Source: Candidatus Methanomethylicia archaeon
Lineage (GTDB): Archaea > Thermoproteota > Methanomethylicia > Nezhaarchaeales > B40-G2
Assembly (NCBI GenBank): GCA_029259155.1
Contig: JAPDJI010000031.1
Location: 1 to 27,435 of the forward strand
Length of the DNA stretch: 27,435 nt
Direction of reading: 5' to 3'
Part shown: one piece after another, positions 7,794 through 15,117 of the stretch
Layout: each line of letters begins with the position of its first letter
How positions within the stretch are numbered: position 1 is the stretch's first letter
The notes under the pieces: model-generated
Seen by the model: the letters and a program-made list of their open reading frames with translations, nothing else
What the model was told of the DNA's origin: nothing
Databases searched by the model: none
Made by a program: the position numbers and the translations under genes

Positions 7794-8525
7794 TTGAAGG
7801 AGATGCTGAGGATAGCTGCTTCCTCCGATATTCATAGCCCCAAGAACCTCGACCTCTTTAGAGCCTCGGCCCACCGTTTAAAGGAGGCCGACCTCCTCAT
7901 TCTGGCTGGCGACCTTATCTATAAAGGCCGGGTCTCTGAGCTCGACCATGTCATAGAGGCTGTTACAGCTCATTTTTCCGGCCCTGTGGTGGCCTGCTTC
8001 GGCAATGAGGAGTTCGACGAAGTTAAGGAGGAGCTTAAAGATCGTTCACGTGGAGTTATAACTTGGCTCGACGATGAGGCTCTTACGCTAAACATCAAGG
8101 GCTACATCGTCGGCCTTATAGGTACGAGAGGCTGCCTCGATCAACCTACTTCTTGGCAGCTTAGAAACATACCTGGCATCAGGGAGCTCTACGAGAAAAG
8201 AGTGGGAACTGTGGATAGGTTGTTGGCTGAGCTGAAGGGAGACTTCAGGATACTCTTCTCACATTATGCTCTATTGCGTGAAACTTTGAAGGGGGAGAAC
8301 CCTAGGATTTGGCCTCAACTTGGGTGTTCTAGGATGATTGATGTTCTTAAACGTAGGAGGCCCTCCGTAGCTATCCACGGCCATGTGCACAACGGTAAGT
8401 TGTTAAAGACCAAGATCGATGGTACGCTAGTTCTCAACGTATCCCTGCCTGCTACCAATGAAATAGTGTTCTTCACTCTTCCCTCATATGAGGAAGGCCA
8501 GCCACCACTAACTTCCTTCTTCTAG
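7794..8525 (+). CDS. Calcineurin-like metallophosphoesterase with a C-terminal PIP-box
   Basis: SDIH, AGDL, GNEE, SHY and HGHVH metal-binding motifs; ends in QPPLTSFF. Confidence 0.88.
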   Translation: MKEMLRIAASSDIHSPKNLDLFRASAHRLKEADLLILAGDLIYKGRVSELDHVIEAVTAHFSGPVVACFGNEEFDEVKEELKDRSRGVITWLDDEALTLNIKGYIVGLIGTRGCLDQPTSWQLRNIPGIRELYEKRVGTVDRLLAELKGDFRILFSHYALLRETLKGENPRIWPQLGCSRMIDVLKRRRPSVAIHGHVHNGKLLKTKIDGTLVLNVSLPATNEIVFFTLPSYEEGQPPLTSFF

Positions 8526-8782
8526 CCACCAGCGACTGGCGGGAACAACGAGATGGTGTCCCCTTCCTTTAAGACGGTCTTGTTCCCTTCTAGGCCTTCA
8601 ATATCCTTCCCATTCACTAAAACCCTACACTCGGTCAAATCTTCTGCTAAGGCTTCTCCTCGTCGGCTAACCAACAGCTTCAATAAGTCCTCTACGCAAG
8701 CTCTTTCATCAACTTCAGCTTCCTCGTCTTTAACTCCTAGTTTTTCTCTTAGGGTAGCGTAGTACTCCACCTTAACCTTCAA
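8522..8782 (-). CDS. moaD: MoaD/SAMP-like ubiquitin-fold sulfur carrier protein
   Basis: MKVKVEYYATLRE, VLVNG, and C-terminal FPPVAGG di-glycine; divergent from a tungstopterin enzyme gene. Confidence 0.88.
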   Translation of the reverse strand: MKVKVEYYATLREKLGVKDEEAEVDERACVEDLLKLLVSRRGEALAEDLTECRVLVNGKDIEGLEGNKTVLKEGDTISLFPPVAGG

Positions 8783-8854
8783 ATTACCGCCACCCTTAAA
8801 CCCTCTAGCCTCCTAGCCTATTAATCGAGCTGAGGTATCGGCTGGAGGAGAGAG

Positions 8855-11359
8855 TTGGCAGGATACACGGGTAAGGTATTGCGGGTTGATCTCTCCACAC
8901 ATTCCCTAAGTGTAGAGGAACTTAACTGGAAGGTGGCCCATGACTTCGTAGGTGGCAGAGGATATGCAGCTAAGGTGCTTTATGATGAACTCGAACCAGG
9001 CGTTGACCCGCTAAGCCCTGACAATAAGCTAGTGTTTATGACAGGTCCCCTAACCGGTACCTTAGCACCTACATCGGGAAGATTCTGTGTATCCTCTAAA
9101 TCTCCTCTCACCAATACTCTTTTTGACGCGCAGTCAGGGGGGTTCTTTGGTCCTCAGCTTAAGAGGGCTGGCTTCGACGGGATCATAGTGGAGGGCTCAA
9201 GCGACAAGCCGGTATATCTTCTGGTACGTGAAGGGCAGGCTGAGCTCCACGAAGCTTCAGCTTTATGGGGCAAGACAACTCACGACACCGAGGCGTTGCT
9301 TAGACAGAAACATGAAGGTGCAAGGATAGCATGCATAGGCCCAGCGGGAGAGAACCTAGTCAGGATGGCGTGCATAGTAAATGACTTGCATAGAGCAGCT
9401 GGTAGAGGCGGTTTAGGAGCTGCCATGGGAGCTAAGAGACTAAAGGCCATCGTTGTGCAAGGAAACCTAAACATTCATCCAGCCAATCCTTACGCGTTTA
9501 AAAGGGAGGTTGAAAAAGCCTTAAAGGTACTTAGAGGACACCCTCTAACAGGTGATGGTCTAGGAAGGTATGGAACAGCTATCTTAACCCACCTTGTAAA
9601 TAAAGCAGGTCTATTGCCTGTAAGGAATTTTCAGTCGAGCTTCTTTAGTGATGCTGAGCTTGTTAGCGGAGAGTACATGAAGGAGAAGATCGTGGTAGGA
9701 AGGAAGGCTTGCTATGCTTGCCCTATAGCTTGTGGGAGGGTTTCTAAGATACAAGAGCCTCCCTACGGGCCGTTAGACACGGAGGGTCCTGAATATGAGA
9801 CTCTGTGGGCTTTTGGACCTAATTGCGGGGTCTCCGATATCGAAGCTATAGCTTACCTCAATGACCTATGCAACAAGCTAGGGTTAGACACCATCTCCAT
9901 GGGGTCTACCATGGCTTTAGCCATAGAGCTCTACGAGCGTGGCCTCTTGAAGAATGAGGCCTCGGAGGGGCTACATCTACGATGGGGCGACCCTTCATTG
10001 CTAATAAGGCTCGTGGAGATGACGGCTTATAGAAGCGGACTGGGCAACCTCTTGGCTGAGGGTTCTGCGAGGCTCGCCAAGATGGTGGGTGGAGGTGCTG
10101 AGGACCTAGCGATCCACGTGAAGGGTCTTGAGCTACCAGCCTATGACCCTAGAGGGGTTAAAGGCATGGCCTTAGCTTACGCTACTTCTAACCGTGGAGG
10201 TTGCCACTTAAGAGCATACATGGTCATGTCAGAGCTATTCAGCATACCTCGCTACTTGGACCCTGAGAGCTACGAAGGTAAAGCAGAGCTGGTTAAGAGG
10301 ATGCAGGACATATACGCTGTGATAGACTCTCTGATAATGTGTAAGTTCACTTCATTCGCCTTCTTCAGCACCCTCAGGTACGAGCCTACCATCTACGCTA
10401 GGCTGCTCACCACTGCTACGGGGATATACATGGATGAAGAAGAATTTCTGAGGGTTGGTGAGCGTATCTTTAATCTTGAACGACTCTTCAACATACGTGA
10501 GGGCTTCTCGAGAAGTGACGACACCCTGCCTGGGAGGCTCCTTAAGGAGCCCTTACCTGACGGGCCTTCAAGGGGACAGACCATAAATCTTGAGAGGCTG
10601 CTGGATGAATACTATGCGATTAGAGGATGGGATTACTTAGGTAGACCATCTGAAAAGAAGCTTGCGAGCCTAAACCTACCTCCACTCTATACGGGTCCTA
10701 GGCTTCAGGTAGCTATCGATGAAAGGTATCTGAGAGATGCCCTAAACATAGCTGAGAAGGCGTATAGAGGGGGTGCACAGATCCTCGAAGTTGGCACCCC
10801 GCTCATAAAGAGTGAGGGGCTTAAAGCGGTCAAGGAATTTAGAAGACGTTTTCCAGGAGCATTAATAGTGGCTGACCTGAAAACCATGGATACAGGCTGG
10901 CTGGAAGTGGAGCTAGCAGCTGAGGCTGGAGCAGATATAGTATGTGTCTTAGGGGTAAGCGATGACTACACGATCAAGGATGCAGTGGGTGCAGCGAGTA
11001 AGTATGGGGTTAAGGTCATGTGCGACTTAATGAACGTCCCTAACCCTATTGAGCGGGCGCAGCAGGTGGAGAGGTTAGGTGTTGACTACATCTGTTTACA
11101 TACAGGAATCTCAGCCCAGATGAGGGAGCGGGAGGTGGATAGGAGGATCGAGGTGATCCGGGAGATTGTTAATGCCGTTAAGGTACCTGTAGCAGTGGCT
11201 GGAGGGATACGAGCTGAGATGATACCTAAGCTTATTGAGGTTGGATGTCAAGTAATAATCGTTGGAGGCGCTATAACGAAGGCTTCCGACCCCTCTGAGG
11301 CTACGCGTAACATGTTGAGGATTATTGAGCAGGCATGGAGAAAGGCTAGAGAATCTTAA
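8855..11359 (+). CDS. Fusion of aldehyde:ferredoxin oxidoreductase (AOR/WOR family, aa ~1-610) and 3-hexulose-6-phosphate synthase (HPS/HxlA family, aa ~615-834)
   Basis: AOR motifs: GGRG, RAAGRGGLGAAMGAKRLKAI, CYACPIAC, EGPEYET, GLDTIS, YDPRG, NRGGCH, DSLIMCKF. HPS motifs from nt 10697: LQVAID, EVGTPLIKSEG, ADLKTMDTG, HTG, VAGGI, VGGAIT. SD GGAGG precedes the TTG and there is no stop between the domains. Confidence 0.93.
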   Translation: MAGYTGKVLRVDLSTHSLSVEELNWKVAHDFVGGRGYAAKVLYDELEPGVDPLSPDNKLVFMTGPLTGTLAPTSGRFCVSSKSPLTNTLFDAQSGGFFGPQLKRAGFDGIIVEGSSDKPVYLLVREGQAELHEASALWGKTTHDTEALLRQKHEGARIACIGPAGENLVRMACIVNDLHRAAGRGGLGAAMGAKRLKAIVVQGNLNIHPANPYAFKREVEKALKVLRGHPLTGDGLGRYGTAILTHLVNKAGLLPVRNFQSSFFSDAELVSGEYMKEKIVVGRKACYACPIACGRVSKIQEPPYGPLDTEGPEYETLWAFGPNCGVSDIEAIAYLNDLCNKLGLDTISMGSTMALAIELYERGLLKNEASEGLHLRWGDPSLLIRLVEMTAYRSGLGNLLAEGSARLAKMVGGGAEDLAIHVKGLELPAYDPRGVKGMALAYATSNRGGCHLRAYMVMSELFSIPRYLDPESYEGKAELVKRMQDIYAVIDSLIMCKFTSFAFFSTLRYEPTIYARLLTTATGIYMDEEEFLRVGERIFNLERLFNIREGFSRSDDTLPGRLLKEPLPDGPSRGQTINLERLLDEYYAIRGWDYLGRPSEKKLASLNLPPLYTGPRLQVAIDERYLRDALNIAEKAYRGGAQILEVGTPLIKSEGLKAVKEFRRRFPGALIVADLKTMDTGWLEVELAAEAGADIVCVLGVSDDYTIKDAVGAASKYGVKVMCDLMNVPNPIERAQQVERLGVDYICLHTGISAQMREREVDRRIEVIREIVNAVKVPVAVAGGIRAEMIPKLIEVGCQVIIVGGAITKASDPSEATRNMLRIIEQAWRKARES

Positions 11360-11366
11360 GCTCTAT

Positions 11367-13019
11367 CTAGCTTTCTTTGGGGCTTTGCAGCTTTCTTTCC
11401 CAGCAGGCCTTGATAAACCCTAAGTAAACTGGAGATGGTTTTCCAGGTCGAGAGCGAAACTCAGGGTGGGCTTGGGTTCCCAGGTAAAATGGATGATTGG
11501 GGAGTTCTATGAACTCTACACGCCGTTTATCTGGGCTATAACCGCTAAAGACGAGACCTTTACGCTGCAATAAGCTCCAGTAGGCAGGGTTTACCTCGTA
11601 GCGATGTCGATGTCTTTCAAAAACCACTGGCTGGTTATATAGCCTGTATGCTAATGTTCCAGGTTCAAGTATACTTGCTTGAGCCCCCAGCCTCATAGTC
11701 CCTCCCATTCTATTGACTCCTGCCTGTTCAGGTAGAAGGTCTATTACTGGGTGAGGGGTATGAGGGTTGATCTCAGTGCTATGGGCTTCCTTAAGTCCAG
11801 CCACATTTCTAGCGAACTCTACCACTGCTAGCTGCATTCCGAAGCAAATCCCCAGGTATGGGATGCCTCGTTCACGTGAGTAGCCTGCCGCCATTATTTT
11901 TCCTTCCGTCCCTCTAGGCCCAAAGCCTGGAAGTACCATCACTCCATCGAAGGCTTCAAGCCTCTCTAACTTTGAAGGCTCTTCCTCGAACTCCTCGGCT
12001 TCAATGAACTCTGCCTTAACCTGAACCCCTATAGCAGCTCCTGCGTGTTTAAGGGCCTCATTGATGCTAATGTAGCTATCAGCTAACTTAGTATACTTGC
12101 CGCAGAGAGCTATCTTTACTTCTCCCCTAGGTTTCTTAAAGCTCTCCACTATGCTTGTCCAGCTTTCCCATCTTGGAGGATTGGGAGCCAGCCCAAGCTT
12201 ACTTACTATGTAGTCTCCGAAGCCTTGTTTATCAAGGATGACTGGCAGTTCGTAGAGGCAGTCGACGTTGTAGCTGGTAAACACGGCCTGAGCCGGTACG
12301 TTGCCGTAGAGCGCTATCTTGCGCCTAGCTTCTTCATCTATAGGTTTAGGCGATCTAGCCACTATAATATCGGGTTGAATACCGATCCTTCTTAATTCCT
12401 GAACGGAATGTTGTAAAGCTTTGGTCTTAAATTCCCCGGTTACGTCCAGTATGGGTACTAGGGCTACATGGATGAATATGGCGTTGCCTTCTCCTTCTTC
12501 CAGCCTCATCTGCCTTATGGCTTCCAAGAAGGGAAGGCCCTCTATGTCACCTACTGTTCCTCCCACCTCCACTAAGACTACGTCAACCCTAGCGCTTTCG
12601 CCTACGAGTCTTATCCTTCGCTTTATTTCGTCGGTGATGTGGGGTATTATCTGGACGCATTTACCTAGGTATTCTCCGCGACGCTCCCGTTTAATGACCT
12701 TCCAGTATACCTGCCCCGTGGTTATGTTATTGAGCTTGCTTAGGTTTACGTCTAGAAAACGCTCGTAATGTCCCAGGTCGAGGTCGACTTCTCCTCCATC
12801 CTCTGTTACAAAGACCTCACCATGCATGTAAGGATTCATGAGCCCAGCGTCGAAGTTTATGTAAGGGTCGATCTTTACAGCTGCAGCTGTAAATCCTCTT
12901 GCTTGAAGAATTTTCCCTGTGGAGGCTGTTATAGCTCCTTTGCCAACTGAGCTTAGAACTCCTCCAGTAACAAAAACGTATTTGGCTCTATGCTTAAGTT
13001 CACCTTGAGCTGTCGGCAC
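11367..13019 (-). CDS. pyrG: CTP synthase
   Basis: KYVFVTGGVLSSVGKG, KIDPYIN, GGTVGDIE, PGFG, GICFGMQ, RHRHRYEVN, HPEF. Confidence 0.98.
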   Translation of the reverse strand: MPTAQGELKHRAKYVFVTGGVLSSVGKGAITASTGKILQARGFTAAAVKIDPYINFDAGLMNPYMHGEVFVTEDGGEVDLDLGHYERFLDVNLSKLNNITTGQVYWKVIKRERRGEYLGKCVQIIPHITDEIKRRIRLVGESARVDVVLVEVGGTVGDIEGLPFLEAIRQMRLEEGEGNAIFIHVALVPILDVTGEFKTKALQHSVQELRRIGIQPDIIVARSPKPIDEEARRKIALYGNVPAQAVFTSYNVDCLYELPVILDKQGFGDYIVSKLGLAPNPPRWESWTSIVESFKKPRGEVKIALCGKYTKLADSYISINEALKHAGAAIGVQVKAEFIEAEEFEEEPSKLERLEAFDGVMVLPGFGPRGTEGKIMAAGYSRERGIPYLGICFGMQLAVVEFARNVAGLKEAHSTEINPHTPHPVIDLLPEQAGVNRMGGTMRLGAQASILEPGTLAYRLYNQPVVFERHRHRYEVNPAYWSLLQRKGLVFSGYSPDKRRVEFIELPNHPFYLGTQAHPEFRSRPGKPSPVYLGFIKACWERKLQSPKES

Positions 13020-13052
13020 GTTTACATGTCAGGTGTTCGACTATATTTGCTT

Positions 13053-13289
13053 TTACACTGCTTTTCTTCTTCCACGTCTACTCGTGACTTTAAGTTTATC
13101 TCCATACTCTGTGGCTATTTCTGGATCTTCTCTCTTGATGTGGTCGATGATGACGCTTTGGACCAACGTGCTTATCGACTTTATCTGGCGCTTAAGCCTT
13201 AACTCCTCTATGTGTTTAGCGTAGTACTTCTCTAGGGCCTCATAAATGTCCTCGGGTATAGTTACGGTAGTCCAACCTCTCTTCGGCAT
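13053..13289 (-). CDS. Small ribbon-helix-helix-like DNA-binding protein
   Basis: MPKRGWTTVTIPEDIYEALEKY has the RHH strand-helix pattern. ATG at 13289 is preceded by SD AGGTGA, with a TATA box TTTATATA at 13323-13330 (minus). Confidence 0.72.
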   Translation of the reverse strand: MPKRGWTTVTIPEDIYEALEKYYAKHIEELRLKRQIKSISTLVQSVIIDHIKREDPEIATEYGDKLKVTSRRGRRKAV

Positions 13290-13322
13290 AATTTTCACCT
13301 AATCTTTAAATTATGTTAGTAC

Positions 13323-13330
13323 TATATAAA
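13323..13330 (-). promoter_or_regulatory. TATA box for the RHH gene (and possibly pyrG)
   Basis: Consensus TTTATATA on the minus strand, 34 nt upstream of the ATG. Confidence 0.65.
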
Positions 13331-13440
13331 GTATTTTGTGTATTTCTGTAGAACAGGTATACTTCAAAACTTGCACAAAAAGCCTAAGATAGCATCAACT
13401 TAAATATTTTGGCGTTAAACGACGCCTTGCGTGGATTACT

Positions 13441-14202
13441 TTGGAGATCGTTTTTCTCACCTTAATAGCTTTCATTGTAGGCTCGTTTTCCTCTATGCTT
13501 GGTGTAGGAGGGGGTTTCATCTATGTCCCCTTCCTACACTTGATGTTGTCTTTACCTCTAGGATTGGCGGTAGGGTCTTCCAAAGTGGCGGTCATGTTTA
13601 CAGCGTTATCGGCCTCGCTATCTTACTTACGTAAGGGCCTGGTTAAGCTTAAGGTCTGTGCTTTAATGCTTTCAGCCTCTATTCCAGGTACTATACTGGG
13701 AGTATACCTCATCGATTTCATTGATCCTAAGCCTGTAAAGGTGATCTTTAGCATCGTGGCCATATATGCCAGCATTCAGATGATGGGCTTAGGACGTCGA
13801 GTCTTCAAGGTGAAAGCTTCGCGTAAGCTTCCTCTTTCTCTACCTTTTTCTTTTGCGGCTGGCTTGATAGCTGGCTTGACGGGTATCGGAGGAGGCTTCC
13901 TCTTTACGCCTATTTTAAACCTTGTAGTTGGGTTATCCATGCACTTCTCGGTGGCTTCCTCTATGTTCCTGATATTTTTCACTTCCCTCGCAGCCTCAAT
14001 CAACCATTTTCGGTTAGGACATGTACACCTATTCTACGCTGCTCCGCTTGTAGCTGGCGTCTTGTTTGGAGGCTTTATGGGAGCTAAGATCGTAGTGAAG
14101 GTTGAGGAAAGAAAACTTAAACAGGCCTTCTCCTTTGTGCTTCTCTTCGTGTCCTTACTAATGCTTCTCAGCTCCTTAGACTTGGTTTTAATGCTTCCAT
14201 AA
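13441..14202 (+). CDS. TauE/SafE (TSUP) family membrane transporter
   Basis: About 8 hydrophobic segments with duplicated GVGGG / GIGGG motifs followed by P. Confidence 0.9.
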   Translation: MEIVFLTLIAFIVGSFSSMLGVGGGFIYVPFLHLMLSLPLGLAVGSSKVAVMFTALSASLSYLRKGLVKLKVCALMLSASIPGTILGVYLIDFIDPKPVKVIFSIVAIYASIQMMGLGRRVFKVKASRKLPLSLPFSFAAGLIAGLTGIGGGFLFTPILNLVVGLSMHFSVASSMFLIFFTSLAASINHFRLGHVHLFYAAPLVAGVLFGGFMGAKIVVKVEERKLKQAFSFVLLFVSLLMLLSSLDLVLMLP

Positions 14203-14236
14203 CCTTAAAGTTTAGGCTGGCTATCTTTAGGATTGA

Positions 14237-15115
14237 ATGAGATTAGCTGAAGCAGTGAGGGCTCTAAAGCCGAGCGACGTAAATGTATTGAGAGCGTTAG
14301 CAAAGGCTTCACGCAGCTACCGCTACGTCCCTCTAGATGTCCTACAGGAAATGCTACGCGTTTCCCCTTCCGTCCTCGAGAAGAGGCTTTCGTTCCTTCA
14401 CAGGCTAGGGTTGATTAGGAGGTGGATAGGCCAATATAGAGGCTATGAGCTTAAATCCATAGGTCTTGACGCTTTAGCTCTTTATACCCTTTCGAGGAGG
14501 GGTTTCATCGAAGCCTTAGGCCCTAAGTTAGGAGTTGGAAAGGAGGCTGAAGTTTACGAAGCTATCACGCCTAGTGGCGAGAGAGTGGCAGTAAAGTTTC
14601 ATAGAGCTGGGCGTAGAAGCTTTAAGCATGTAAGGAAGGTTAGGACCTACTTAGCCGGCGTGAAAGGCTCTGTGAAGACAGTTGCTCCATTGATAGCTGC
14701 TAAGAGGGAATTTGAGGCTCTTGAGCTCACTCACCATGAAGGAATAGCGGTCCCCAGACCTATAGTCAGGGTGAGACATGCTGTTGTAACGAGCTTCATA
14801 GAAGGGGAGCTTCTCTATATGTGTAGAGAGCTTCCCAATCCTTCCGGCCTGCTTTCAACGATACTGGATAACGTGGTTCAAGCTTATAGGAAGGCTGGGG
14901 TTATACATGGTGATTTAAGCGAATATAACGTCGTAGTGACTCCAAGCCTATCTCCTCTAATAATAGATTGGCCTCAATGGGTTCCTTCAAGCCACCCCTT
15001 AGCTTTTAAGCTCCTGATCAGGGACATCGAATATGTAGCCTCCTTTTTTAGGAGGAGGTTTAACGTAATGTTTGACTTGTCTGAGCTCTATAAGAAGCTG
15101 GGCCAAGAGGTGTAG
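14237..15115 (+). CDS. rio2: RIO2-type serine kinase/ATPase (wHTH + RIO domain)
   Basis: N-terminal wHTH (YRYVP...GYELKSIGLDALAL), GVGKEAEVY, VKFHR, IHGDLSEYN, IIDWPQ. Confidence 0.93.
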   Translation: MRLAEAVRALKPSDVNVLRALAKASRSYRYVPLDVLQEMLRVSPSVLEKRLSFLHRLGLIRRWIGQYRGYELKSIGLDALALYTLSRRGFIEALGPKLGVGKEAEVYEAITPSGERVAVKFHRAGRRSFKHVRKVRTYLAGVKGSVKTVAPLIAAKREFEALELTHHEGIAVPRPIVRVRHAVVTSFIEGELLYMCRELPNPSGLLSTILDNVVQAYRKAGVIHGDLSEYNVVVTPSLSPLIIDWPQWVPSSHPLAFKLLIRDIEYVASFFRRRFNVMFDLSELYKKLGQEV

Positions 15116-15117
15116 GC

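Noticed and set aside
12990-13224. Plus-strand ORFs 12990..13202 and 13033..13224
   Set aside because: They overlap the minus-strand RHH-like gene, which has the SD, TATA box and recognisable pattern.
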